NCBI GenBank assembly: GCA_973895155.1
Contig: OZ316894.1
Span: 3,868,944 to 3,932,943, forward strand
Reading direction: 5' to 3'
Origin: Marsupella aquatica
Taxonomy: Eukaryota; Plantae; Marchantiophyta
DNA: 64,000 bases
Positions 51,121-64,000 of this stretch are shown piece by piece. Numbering within the stretch: the first letter of the stretch is position 1; the number at the start of each line of letters is the position of its first letter. The notes under the pieces are model-generated. The model was not told where the DNA came from. It saw only the letters and a list, made by a program, of their open reading frames with translations, and searched no databases. A program made the position numbers and the translations under genes.

Positions 51121-51726
51121 CTCGGGGGTCTCACTATATGGATGTCTCTCCCTCGGGGGTTTCACTTCCCCAAAAATGGCATATCACGTGTGACGAAGTA
51201 TAGGGTCATTTTATTGGTTCGAAGGGAAGACTTAAGAATTTTCTGAGAAGAACAATAGGGTCTCTTAAATTCAATTTTGAGACTTATAAGAACATTAGGG
51301 TCCTTATAACCAAAATTTTGAAAAATTCCAAGAATATTCTAACTTTATAGGGGTTGAAAAATAATTTTTTTTCTTACATTTTAGGGGGTCCGAGGACTAA
51401 AAACGTCGTAGGTGATGGGGAGGCATCCATATAGTGAGATGACCCCTGAGGTCTCTCCATCACTTGCGGCGTTTTTAGGCCTCAGATCCCCTAAAATGTA
51501 AGAAAAACATTATTTTTCAACCCCTATAAAGTTGGAATATTCTTGGAATTTTTCAAAAATTTGGTTATAAAGACCTTAATTAATGTTCTTATAAGTCTCA
51601 AAATTTGATTTAAAAGACCGTATTGTTCTTCTCATAAAATTCTTAAGTCTTCCCTTTGAATCAATAAAATGACCCTATATTTTGTCGCACGTGATGTGCC
51701 ATTTTTGTGGAAGTGAAACCCCCAAG
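51121..51726. mobile_element. Family-B MITE with a second family-B MITE (51152-51450) nested in the opposite orientation
   Basis: The inner copy is flanked by the 8-bp TSD GTCTCTCC (51144-51151, 51451-51458). The outer ends are CTCGGGGGTCTCACT / AGTGAAACCCCCAAG. Confidence 0.9.
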
Positions 51727-54700
51727 ATTTCCCATAATGAACAAAATGGACAATTTGGGTGTGTTGAAGCTACTCCTGAAGTGTGTTGCCTTTGTGTCGA
51801 CGAAGATGTGTTACCAGGATAACTCATGAGAATTCACAGGTTTTAATTACTTTAAATTTACACTGCATAGGAGCTTCTATCTCAGTTTCAAGAAGCTTCT
51901 AGGCATTGTAAAATATTTCTGACCTTCAAATCTTCTTATCTGATTTGAGGAAAACCCCATTCAAGACTCTGGCCAATAGAGTCTGTGGCTAAGTAGGTGG
52001 AAAGCTGGCTATTCAAAGAGTAATAGCCTGGCAAATGTTTGCCAATGAAAACAATGTTGCCTCAGTCAATATTTCTATGGGCTGCCGCAGGTGCATTTTA
52101 GCAGCTCTTGCCATTTATAAGGCAGATCTACATGGGAAATACTATAAGAATGTGTGTACTAGGTAAGTCTAGAAACTCCCATATGAGCACAAGAGAATTG
52201 ACAAAACCCACTTACTCCCAACTGAAGGGAATATACAAATCCTCTAGGGTTATCATTTAGTAAGTAGGCCTAGCATGACCAGTCATCGACATCAAACCAT
52301 ATACATAGGTTTGTAGGATAAATTAAATTTATAATCCATGGAAGTGATAGTTTTGCATAAACCCCTTTTTAGTGTTTTTTACAGTGTTTTTTAGTTGTTT
52401 TTAATTTCTACAATGGCCTTCAATCCAATATATTGACATCCCAAGTATGGAACTCTTGCTGGGACTCTTGCATATTAGGCACCAGGGGTCTACATTTTTA
52501 AGTGAATTAGAAGGTTGGGTAACTATAATTTGAGATAAAAATTGAAAAAATCTGGGATTTCTACTCTTAAAATTTTCCAAGTCATATCTAAACTTTTCAT
52601 TTATTCTTTTTCCATGTACTCTTTCATTTATTCTTTTTCCATGTACTCTTTTATTTCTTCTTTTTCCATGTATTAGAAATATTTTTAGATTTCTAATAAA
52701 AATTCAATAAGCTGACTAGTCTTTATACAACCAAACTAGTCAGATTATTAAAAGTCAGTTTTGTAAAAAGTTGTATTTTTGGATTCCTTGACAGAGTTGA
52801 GAGGTACAAGAGTTTAGTAGACTAAAATGAAACTTCACATGGCCAAATGGATAACTATAAAATGGTTAAAAGGGATTAAAATCTTGCCTTGTAAAAAAAG
52901 GGAGTTGATTACCCAAGTTAACCATGTTAGGTTTCATATTATTCTGCTCAGTCTCTGCACCTCTCAACTCAAGGAATCCAAAAGTCAAACTTTAATAAAA
53001 ATAAAATGAACATGCATGTTTTGATGTGAAACATTTTTTTATCAAAACCAAATTATGTGGCTTTTTTTAAAACAGGAGCCTACAACTAGCAAGCATTAAT
53101 TTGAGGATTTTTATTAAAAGTCTAAGAGTTATTTTTTATAGGGCAAGATGATCAAGCTCATCGACATTGGCTCCAGAGTGAGGATCTATTCATGTTCACC
53201 ACTGACATCCGCATTCTAGAAGACAAGCAAACAACATAATTATACCGTTGAGGTACATCACCACTGATTTTCATTTGTGTCAATTATGGGGTGTACCCTC
53301 AGCCGTAAATCTTTAACTTTAAGTATTTAATCTTCAAAATGGATAATTATGAATCTTCTTCTTTTAAAAAGTCACTGAACATAGAAGTATTTAAGCTCTG
53401 GAGATATCGTAACAAAGGGGCTTCATTGTAGTGGAACTGCTACATCCAGAGGTCTCAATGTATAGAGTGCTTCCAGTGGTTATCAATATGGTGCCCCCTA
53501 TGGTGCGATAAGATGTCTTTAAGCTTCTTGTAGTAATTAACCATCCTGTAACTATCGTTGTACTTCTATTTGAAGTGCAGAGAGAAGACACAGAGAAACT
53601 AAGAGCTAGGAAGTCCAAGGCAGTACCTGCTCTTGCGTGCTGTTCCATGAAGATAGCGATGAGGCCCAACCCCAAAAGTACAATCAACCTGTGGTATAAG
53701 TTGGGGCTTCATCATCTTTTGGCTCCAGCATAGCAGTCAAATACTTATATATGCTACCAAATCACGCCTACCTTTCTGTCAATGGCACAAACTTTTCCGA
53801 CCATATACCCCAATTAAATGTCTCAGAAAGTTATCGGCCCGGTTATCGGTCATCAAGATTGTTTAATTTGGAGAGAATCTGAACACATTCTTTGTTGGAA
53901 TGATGAATAATTTGATTTCCAAGAGTGTTACTCAAAGAAATGTCAAAGCGCAATCCAGCAATTAGGTATTCAGTCACGTGGATCCTTGCAGCTACTACGA
54001 CTTACTTCCTTAAATAGACTTGTCAATATTTATCTTCACAAAATATCCCTGCCCCATGATGATTCAGTAAATCAAAGAGTCTCTTGAGTTGATCGTGTCG
54101 GTTAAAAGCTAACGAATTTACTGATGTTAATGCCGTGGGAATGCTGGCACGAATTCTTTTCAGTACTCCAGCTCTCAAACTGGAAAAGATTCTGATCTGA
54201 TCCAGCCGTAATAGAAAAAGAGTACCGTCATGGAGAGACGATCTGCCGAAAGAAACACCACCTGATTCCATAGATTATGGTCTTTTTCCAAAAACCTTTC
54301 CTTCTTGCCCTTCCAATCACGTCATGTGCTTGATTATACATCAAACATAACTGACAAAGAAATGAAGCGGTGGCCTAGCAGATTATAATACGACCGGCAA
54401 TGAACCAATTTAGAGCGGACCTGACGAAGCTAGACAGATGTGAATCACGGATAACCAGTTTAACCGTATGACGACTAGCTAATCTCTGAAATGTTGTCCA
54501 TCATATGAAAATAGGATCACCAACAGCATCACCGAAGAGCAGCTGCGGACCGAGGGCCTCCTTTAATGGAAAGACAGAAAGCAAGAATATTAATGAAGCT
54601 GCGGCAAGATCACTCAGCGGTGCTTGTTTGAGTTAGAAAGCTAGGGAGGGCCTGAGCTAGGACGGCTGAGAGGTCTCTGAAGCGGGCGACTGGGTGGCTT

Positions 54701-55696
54701 GGGTGCACTCGATCATAGCCGGCTAGCTGACTGGGTGGACCGGCAAGAAGGTACGTAGGGTTTGCAGCCAGAACGCTGCGGGCCGGCTCCTTGATGAGAA
54801 TTCATTGGTTTTGCAACAAAACACAACACGCAGATACTACTCGATACACGCAGATACTACACCTCATATATCACACTGGTTTCCTTGGCGTTGAATCTTG
54901 AGTAATTGAGTTTTGGCTTAGCTTGAATTGCATGAATGGCCAGCCTGGGCAACATCTAGATCTGTCCCTCCCTAGCTTAACCCTAGCTCCTAATTAATTA
55001 TCAGTTGTGGTCAGTCCGGGTTGTGTTAGATTGATGGAACTGTGGCTGTTGCACTACTGTTGCCGTATTTCTCAAGGAGGACTGCCCCAGGCCAATTACT
55101 TTATATTATTAGCTAGCAAATGAGGTGTCATAGGCAAAGCATTGCGGTTTATGCTTGCTTTGAAGTTAGGGGTAGAAACAATATATCTCCATAACGAAAA
55201 TCGAAAGAGCTAGCAAACTGCTACAAAGGTGATGAAGTGAGGCACATTCAATAGTCTCCAGAGGGAAGTCCCCATTAATTCAGCGCATCAAATGTGACAA
55301 TAACTGTGCGTTATATATGGTCCACAAAAATAAAATTGCCTTCTTGAGCAAATGAATGCGAGCCAGACTCTTTCTGTCTTTACACCTCAATCAAACCAAA
55401 ATTATATCTAAAGTAGTCGATCTGGACATATTGGTTCCAGTTCATATGATTGGCCCTTAATACCTTTTACACAACGGCTTCGATACGATATTGACTGTGA
55501 CAGCCCAAATATTGCCCCTCAGTATTCGCGCTCATGCTGTATTTCGGTCTAAAATGCCTGCCTGACGTCCATGGTGCCCCTGGCCTCCACTTCGGCCCTC
55601 ACTGCAGTGTCATATATTGGCCTCCCTGGCCTCCCTTTCAGCCCGCAAGGCATCCTGTCTGGTCTGCCTGGCCCGTATTTCGACCCTCAACGTGGT

Positions 55697-56218
55697 TTAA
55701 CTTGCCTCCATGATCATGGCCAGGATTTCAAACCAAATTGCATCGTCCTCCTCGGCCCTAATTAATGCCTCCCTTCTCTGGATGCCCTCCCACCATGTAT
55801 TGAGCCTGGCCTGGGTTGCCGGCATTTGGACCATCACTGCGGCCCGCCTCATTAGCGCTTCTACACTTGCAGCTTTGGCCGCTCCTGCCCTCATTTCGGG
55901 ACTCCATGCCTGTCTGGCCTCCAATTCAGGGATGTGAAATTCTGTGTCACCTTGCCATGAGACACGAGATACAACGGGAGCTTCGTATCCGCCTTTGTAA
56001 GGGTGTTGGCAGATCTCGCAGATAGTGTCTCCTTTCTCGTTGCACCAACGTCGGACACATACTCGGTGGGCATACTTGATGCTCCCAGAGCAAGAGCATG
56101 GAGCCTCGAGGTTTCTGAGCTCGTCGTCATCATGGCAAATTCGACAAACACCAAAAGCCTCTATGCCCACAATTCTCTCAACCTCAATTACATTCTGTCC
56201 CATGCCAATTGCCCACAT
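55697..56218 (-). CDS. Intronless RING-CH (RINGv) E3 ubiquitin ligase-like ORF, possibly a retrocopy or pseudogene
   Basis: CRICHDDD…[36 protein letters not shown] is a complete C4HC3 motif. The upstream coding-like sequence (56350-56220) is out of frame. Confidence 0.8.
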   Translation of the reverse strand: MWAIGMGQNVIEVERIVGIEAFGVCRICHDDDELRNLEAPCSCSGSIKYAHRVCVRRWCNEKGDTICEICQHPYKGGYEAPVVSRVSWQGDTEFHIPELEARQAWSPEMRAGAAKAASVEALMRRAAVMVQMPATQARLNTWWEGIQRREALIRAEEDDAIWFEILAMIMEAS

Positions 56219-58149
56219 GAGAGTAGACCAGAAGTGGATGAGATATCCATCTCACCCACTACATCTAGGGTTGTAGCTAATTGTTCAACAGGAGGAATGC
56301 TAGGAGAGACATCCTGAGCAAAGTCGTCAGGTGTAGAGGCTCTCTGCCATATCTTCTTCCCAACCTTCCAGTTAGTGGTTCACAAAATCAAGCTCACCAT
56401 GGACTAGGCAGCAGGCATTTTGCGCAACTGCGACCTTAAGTTGGAGTGGACATCAGTTTGTACTGCTGGCTGCCCGGATGAGCTGTTCCTTTCCGTTCTG
56501 GTGTAATATTCCCTAGCTGGTTGGTTCTATTTGAATGGACATCCGGACTGCCAGCTACCAATGTGATGTTGCTTGTGATGTTGTTGCAACGTCTAGCTAG
56601 GTACGTGTAAAACATGATAGCTCATTTTTCTAGACCAAGAGCGTGCCTGGTGAAGTGGCCTGCCTGGTTCTGCCGTTTCTCCGGTCTTGAGTCGGCATCT
56701 GCAGGGATACAGACCAAACAAAAAATATTCATCAGGGCCCTATATATTAGCGTGCAGTCCATCTCCTCCTCGGCTCCTCATCTGAACAAGGGCCCTTGCA
56801 TCTTGAAACCACGTACGGCAGCCACTAATCATCATGGAACCGAGGAGTCTAGGAAGGAGGGATTCAGGCAGGAGCTTGGAAATTCAGAAGTACGAACCAC
56901 TGATCCTGGTGGTGGTTGTGGCGCGTGGAGACAGCTTCAGCTGGCTGTCGAGATCAATTTCCCAGCCCGGAGACAAGTAATATCTTCTGGGCATCCTCCA
57001 TCAAGTACGGAATCCTAGTAAGTGTGTACGTACGTGCACGCCAGCATGAATCACGATATATGGACGAAATTATTGATTCTCGATTAATTTTCTTCCTAGC
57101 TTTCTTGCTTGTGAGGCGAGCCAGCTTGTGATGTTTGTCACAATTATAAGGGGTCTCCTTCAAACGATACATGCAGCCCCTTCTTATAACGTTTTCCCGA
57201 TTTTTTTGGTGCCTAGATCGTGTTCAAGTAGGTGTATTCTCATCTTCAAATGCATGGAAGACATCCAATCCGCAGGATGTGGAATGTGGCAGAGTAAGAG
57301 TATTCATCAGATCGATGAGGAGTAGAGAGCCGATTTTGAGAATCAATGTGAATAATGCAAGACCACACTCTACCGTCTTTCATCACGTGAGTGCTCCTGA
57401 TCGAAACCAACAATGTTCAAGATGGGCCGGTATGTTCCACAGGGGATCTCTGGAGACCTCTATGGGAGATAGGCTAGGGCAGATGTTCCCATGATGGTTT
57501 CAGATATTTTTGAAGACTTGGATGCATTATACAAATTTGCAGAACCACAGGAAGACGGGGTACCAGACATGAATGGTGCATGTGACAGGTCCCAAGAAGA
57601 GTACGTGACATTGGATAAGGGGCTAGAGATGATGGTCTTTTGAATGTGTGGTATTGGGGTGGAGGTGGAGGAAGCTTGTATGGTGGTGCAAAGTGCTCGA
57701 AACAGGAGTTCATAGACATTCCTCAACATATGTGGATGTCACCCTGTGCCTAACATGCATATAGATGTGTGTTAGAGTTGTTGATGTTCCTACAAAGGAC
57801 AGTATTACCTGCTGGAAATATTGCTCCAAAGAACATATATGAGGCAAAGAAGGTGATGAGCAGGCTTGGTTTGCATCATGTGTCTATCCATGCATGCCAG
57901 ACCGCCACATACTTTTTAGGAAACAGTATGCTTATTGCCTGTCATACCCAATCTGTGTGAAGCACAGATATAAGAACGTGGGGAGGTCAATCAACCTTCT
58001 AACTAAGGTCCTGGGGTGTTTCCCTCTCACACCTAGATTGTAGGGCCTCTATAGGTGTCCACGTACCGATTTCTAAGATGATGATTTGGACCCCTGATAG
58101 CAAGAGTATAGACGTTTGCAACGTCACATTGGAGATTCCAACCTTGGAA

Positions 58150-58153
<4 letters not shown>

Positions 58154-58199
<46 letters not shown>
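58154..58199. repeat. (CT)n microsatellite
   Basis: About 23 perfect CT units. Confidence 0.98.
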
Positions 58200-58204
<5 letters not shown>

Positions 58205-58877
58205 TGGTTTTCTTAGTTTTCCACATATTAAGATTATAAACATTTCTAAACTTGCTGCAGTTTTTAGTAAAAGATTTTTAAAATTTTAGCAAAAATCAGA
58301 AAAGGCTAGACTTTAGTTTGGCTGTAGACCCTGTATTTTAAAACAGCCATATAATTTGGTTAAATTTAGTAAGTTTTGTCACATCACAACAAGATTGTTT
58401 TTTTTTTAAGTTACATATTTGGATTCTTTGAATTGAGAGGGTACAAGAGTTGAGTAGACTGAAATGAAACTTCACATGGTCAATTTGGCATCCCGTTTGG
58501 CATAAAGTCATTATAAGAATTTAAAAATTGCCTTCTAAGGCGAGTTGCGTCCCTGGGATTTGAATAGTCAAAATCAGTCAGTGAGAAGTATCAAATTCCA
58601 GGGCCACACATGATATCTTCCTACCATCCTTTCAGACACAGGCCACTTTACATAGCACACTTCAGCAACAAGAGGGATGCTTCAACAACCAGATTGAGGG
58701 ATCGAGCTTCAGGCAGACAAACCTCTTCATATTGTGTGCCACTGTTTGTCTCAAAGTATGCAAATTTTATGAACAAAACTGTGTGGCTGACTGTGATTAG
58801 TTCATGGGTGCAGGATTTTCAACCAAGCAAACATTACGTTGATGTCCTGCACATCGAGAAGAAGGGATACTAAAGTC

Positions 58878-59174
58878 CTCGGGGGTCTCACTACATGGGG
58901 ACCTCCCCATCACCTGCAACGTTTTTAGGCCATGGGCCCCCTAAAATGTAAGAATTTTATTTTATTTTTTAACCCCTATAAAGTTGGAATATTCTTGGAA
59001 TATTCCAAAAATTGAATTAAAAAGGCCCTAATGTTCTTATAAGTCTCAAAATTGAATTTGAAAGACCCTATTGTTCTTTTACAAAAATTCTTAAGTCTTC
59101 CCTTACAACCAATAAAATGACCCTATCCTTCGTCGCACGTGATATGCCATTTTTGTGGAAGTGAAACCCCCGAG
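58878..59174 (-). mobile_element. Intact family-B MITE, 297 bp, 8-bp TSD
   Basis: TIR CTCGGGGGT(C/T)TCACT. TSD CTAAAGTC at 58870-58877 and 59175-59182. Confidence 0.93.
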
Positions 59175-60502
59175 CTAAAGTCTATTGAAGTTTTTGTCGG
59201 GGGAGAATTGGAGGACATTGCAGCAGTACAAAAGGACCTGAAGAGAAGGGCATCCATTGTCAACTTTGGCTGCAAGAAGTTCAAAACACACTGGGTGTGC
59301 CAAGCTCCATATGTTTGCACCCAGAATGAAGGGAAGACAGAATGATGTGTCTAGGGTGAGTTAGTTAAGAGTACATACCCTTTGGGTCTCGGGTATGCAA
59401 CTCTTGTAAATAGGCAAGGGTATACATTTTTATATGGAATAAAAGGTTGACTGCAATAAAAATTAAAACTTGAAAAGAGTTGGGTTTTCAACTTTAAAAT
59501 TTTTATGAGCAGTACATATAGAGTTTGGGTTTCTTCTTTAATTACGGAACCCATGGGAAGCTCCTTCCAAAATCCCTGGAAGCATGTGCTGCCACATCAG
59601 CACTATAGGTCACAAACAAGAAGGGTTCATTATACAAAAAGTACCAATTAAACAAGACTATGCTTGTGTGTTTGAGACAAGAAAAAAAAAACAGTTAGTC
59701 CTTGTACAAACAATGGAAAAATGAAAAGTAACTTTCAAATAAACAAAGATATTGATAGGGGTGAAAAGAAAATAACATTTGAATGGACTTTTAAAAAATT
59801 TAAAAATTGGATGGATTATGATTGATCAGTATTTTCCAGTAGATTGTATAGTTTTCTATTTAATTAGCAATTTTTGGAATAACTATGGGTAGAAAGAAAC
59901 TATTCAACTACTATAATATTTACCAAAGTAACTTCATAAACCCTTCGGTTACTATGGACAAAAGAACACCAAGGAACATAAGAAACCCTTCAACTACTAT
60001 GGCTAAAGAGTACCTTTGAAGGAATGTAAGAAACCCTCAACTTCTATGGATAAAGAATACCGAAGGAATCTAATTAAGAAACTCTTTGGCTTCTATAAAA
60101 CATTTTGCATGGCCTCTATGGGCATAGGAGTACCAAGGGAAAGTTGTGCATGGACTATACCATGAAAAATCTACTCTTTTTTCCCCTCATCTCCATATTC
60201 AAATTAAAGCTATTCCAGTATGCAACTCTTCATGTGCTCTAACTTAGTTGTTGAATAACATCAAACTTAAATAACCAATGGGTCCTTGAACTAATTTTCC
60301 ACATAATTCTACAAGACATTTCAAAACTTGTTGTAATTTTATTGAAAACTAATTATTATTATTTTTAAATCCTACAAAGCTGGCTAGTTTGGCTGTAGCA
60401 AGGGCTGTAGAATCTGTATTAAAACAAAGCCATATAATTCAGTTTCTAACAAGTTTTGCCACATCAAAACAAGTTAAATGGTTTTCTTTTAACTTACATT
60501 TT

Positions 60503-60848
60503 GGTGCATTGCAAGATTGAGGACTACCAAAGGAGGCAAAAAGTCTCCAGTCCTTTCACTAATCTAAAGGTCGACTGCCAACAGCCAAGATTAGCACATC
60601 TTAGGTAAAAAAGGCTTCATGACACACTTCCACAAATGTTGGGCACACTTCCAAGAGGTAAAGACTTCCCAAAAGTGTGGACACACTTCCAAAAGACTTG
60701 GCATGCAAGATCTAACCTTTCAATCTCAACTACTTAATCCTAGCCATCAAGGGATATATGGCACATTTAATGCAAAATGGCAAGGACTCAAGTCCTTTTT
60801 ATGGAGAAAAAAGGAGAAAAATGGTAGTCCTCAATCTTGCAATGCACC
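60503..60848. mobile_element. Family-D MITE, 346 bp, inserted in a family-C element
   Basis: Perfect TIR GGTGCATTGCAAGATTGAGGACTACCA. Flanks TTTT / TTTT. Internal acacttcc repeats. Confidence 0.88.
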
Positions 60849-62459
60849 TTTTTGGATTCTTTGAATTGAGAGGTACAAGAGTTTAGAACTAAAATGAAAC
60901 TTCACATCTTTGCATGATCAATTTGACATAAATTTATCCCGGGTATGCAACTCTTGTATAATAGGCATGGGTCTACATTTTTATATGGACTAAAAAGTTG
61001 GCTGTAAGAAAACTTAAAATTTGAAAAAACTTGGGTTTTACACTTTTAAAAAATTTGAAGTCATATAAAAGGTTTGGCTTTCTTATACATCTTTGGATTC
61101 TTTGAGTTGTGAGGTACAAGACTCCACATGGTCAGTTGGATTTAGAGTGATTATAAGGAAAATCAATTTATTAGCTTGCATTATAAAAAGGGGAGTTGCA
61201 TGCCTGGGAAATTTATCAATATATATATTACATTAAAATATTTCCTTGTAAAAACTAAGCCAGGAAGGTTGTACTCGGGTAATTATTAGCCCAACAATAT
61301 TAAAAATAACCTTCAATTAATGTTGTTTTCATCTCATTTTAATAATCTAAAAAATGATTCCCCACGGTTCTCCAAAACTGAGGGTCAGCAAGGAACACTT
61401 TAGCATAGCCACCTTAATTCAAGGCTAATGGCAAATGATAATTCTGGTGCTTGTGCTAGCAGGGCATAGTGCCAATTGAAGCAAGTTAGTACTTTCGATG
61501 GAAATAAGGTATGTATAATTAATCATGTTGTCGAGTGCTGTTAGAAAGCCAAATATTCTACCCTTAATTTCCAAACAAGGGAGATGATCTGTCACAGATC
61601 CATCTTGTGGATTTGTGAAATAGTTTATGATGTGGCCAGAAAAATTGGTAGAGTGTTAGCAGTCTTGCATGTAGTAGTTGACTCAAATGTTATGAACTTA
61701 CTGTTACTTTAGTTTCAATATATGGCTCCAAATTTGAGTACATGGCCTTGTGTAATTATACTATGTTTTCTGATGGATTGCTCAATTTGTGAGTGTTGTT
61801 ACCAACAGTGTGTAATCCTTTGTTTTTAGTTTGATTGTTGCTTTTGTGACTAGTGTCTCAACCAGTGTTGCCATGAATGACTCTGAAAAATTAAATGAAT
61901 GGCATCACCGTCAATGGAAAGTATGATTTGCAGTCATTTTAGTGTTGCAATTAATCACTCATGGAAAACCCCATGACTCAAATTAAGTCATTATAAACAC
62001 TTATGAATGACAAATGTATGGTTAAATACACATATTTAGCCCTATAGTCACCAGGAAGACTAATGGCACCAGTACATTGATATATGACTAGGTCATTCTA
62101 ATTATAAGTCATCACTTTCACAACTGATAGTTGCAAGAATTACTTAAGTGATTCTCAATCATAGTTCACTGGTTTCACTGATTGCCAGTTATTTTTTATG
62201 GTCAAAAACAGGAGGTATTATAATACATACCCTCTTCTAAATTATGTTCTTCCGGTTTTTTTATATATAGCCAACCTTGTAGTCCATATAAAAATATAGA
62301 CCCCTGTCTATTATACAAGAGTTGCATCCCTAGCTCGGACCCCTTAAGTAAGGAAAATAATAATAATAATAATAATTGCTATATGAGCACGCTATAAAAA
62401 TGGAATATTCCAAATTCTCATTAAAAAGGCCCTAATGTCTTGTAAGTCTCACCGAGGGC

Positions 62460-64000
62460 CTCATTCAATTAGAAAGACAAAAAAGGAAGAATCAAGCTGC
62501 AGCAAGACCACTTGATCAGTGGTGGTAGCGTTACGAAGGGAGCGTTACCTAGTCTAATCATATATTATCTGACCAAGACACTTCTACCTGATTATATCTA
62601 TTAGCGAATCAGATCAGATTAAATACACGGTAATCTGCATGGTAGAGAGAATTCGTTGGTTTGGGAACAAAACAAACAATACAAAACACGCAACTCGACC
62701 ACGGTTCCATTCCAGGGGAACTTATCAGTTGTTCACCATAATAATATTGTTACTGCCTCTTACGTCACCTCATATATCACACTGGTTTCCTTGAATTGGC
62801 GTTGAATCTTGAGTTGAGTTTTGGCCTAACTTGCATTGCATGAATGGCCAGCCTAGGCAACGCCTAGATCTGTCCCTCCCTAGCTTCCTCCTAGCTCCCC
62901 GAGTTGTGTTGGATTGATGGAACTGTAGCTGTTGCACTACTGTGGCCGTATTTCTCAAGGTCTGAGGACTGCCCCAGACCAATTACTTGTTGATTACTAG
63001 CTACAGTAGCTAGCAATGAGGTGTCATAGGCAAAGCATTGCGGCTTAATTATTCTTGGTTTGAAGGTAGGGGTAGAAACAATCTCCATAATGAAAATCGA
63101 AAGAGCTCGTAAAACGCTACAAAGAAGGAGAAGTGAGGCGCATTCAATCAGTCTCCAGAGGGAAGCCCCTATTAGTTCAGCGCATCAAATGTGAATCATA
63201 ACTGTTATAGTACACAAAAATAACATTGTCTTAAGTCTTGAAATGAATGCGAGCCGCCCGACTCTTTCTCTCTGCACACTCAATGAAACCAAAATTTTAT
63301 CTAAAGTAGTCTCGGCATGTTGGCTCCAATTGCCTACAGTTCATAATAACTGGCCCTTAATGCCTTTTACACAACATTTTCGATTCAATATTGACTTTGA
63401 TAGCCCAAATTTTGGCCCTCAATATTCGCGCTCATACATCCAGATGAGCTGTATTTCCGTCACAAATGTCTGCCTGACCTCCATGGTGCCCATGGTGTCC
63501 CGGGCCTCCACTTCGGCCCTCACTGCAGTATCATTGGCCTCCCTGGCCTCCCTTTCAGCCCTCAATGCATCTTGCCTGGTTTGCCTGGCCAGCATTTCGG
63601 CCCCTCAATGTGGTTTCCCTTGCCTCCATGGCCACCATTTGAGCCCAAAATGGACCCTGACACCACCTCTGCCCTCATGCCTGCCTGCTATGCGTGGCCT
63701 CCCGTTCGGCCCTCAATGCATTGTGCCTGGCCTCCGTGGCCCGCATTTCGGCCCTCACTGCAGCCTGCCTGGACCGCCTCGCTTGTATTTCGGCACTTGC
63801 ATATCTGGCCACTTCGGCCCACATGTCGGGGCTCAATTCCTGTCCGACCTCCCATTCAGGAAAAACTATCGGGGCAGCCATCTCTCGTAGCATATTTTCC
63901 TCAATTGCAGCCCTTGATTCCTGGCTGCCCTCACTGTCAGGCATCACTTCCTGCGTATGTGCCTCCATCCGAGCATTGTGAAATTCTGTGGCGCGTTGCG
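62460..64000 (-). repeat. Direct duplicate of about 54570-55960, including the 3' part of a second RING-CH-like gene that runs off the window
   Basis: Collinear similarity, e.g. 62770-63330 vs 54864-55430, and gtgaaattctgtg at 63978 vs 55934. The minus-strand ORF has repeated EMRAxEARxxALRAE units. Confidence 0.8.

Larger units (their letters stand above)
57460..59350 (+). pseudogene. CACTA/EnSpm transposase relic
   Basis: Fragments VLPAGNIAPKNIYEAKKVMSRLGLHHVSIHAC, CFPLTPRL, YHPFR, HYVDVLHIEK and QAPYVC, in TnpD order. Broken by stops, a (CT)n tract and MITEs. Confidence 0.8.

Overview
Eukaryotic, intron-containing land-plant DNA, probably a bryophyte such as a liverwort (inferred from gene content and codon/intron style, not proven). 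It holds one intact host gene, a multi-exon USP-like/receptor-like cytoplasmic kinase on the minus strand (4521-12251). It also holds an intronless RING-CH E3 ligase copy plus part of a second copy. Most of the remainder is nested transposon DNA. The main finding is an 11.9-kb DNA transposon (16548-28471) with 25-bp TIRs and a 4-bp TSD (CCAA). It encodes a Sola-like DDD transposase and, convergently, a spliced ParB-like + beta-class DNA amino-methyltransferase, an F-box-like ORF and other small ORFs. Its non-coding parts carry about 20 copies of a 14-bp palindrome, CGATAAATTTATCG, which I did not see outside the element. This suggests a transposon-encoded, sequence-targeted DNA-modification or anti-silencing system. 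Also present are a decayed P-element-like transposase, a 4.0-kb solo LTR with ORFs inside it, a CACTA relic, several MITE families with readable TSDs, and an old inverted segmental duplication. All calls were made by eye, with no database searches.
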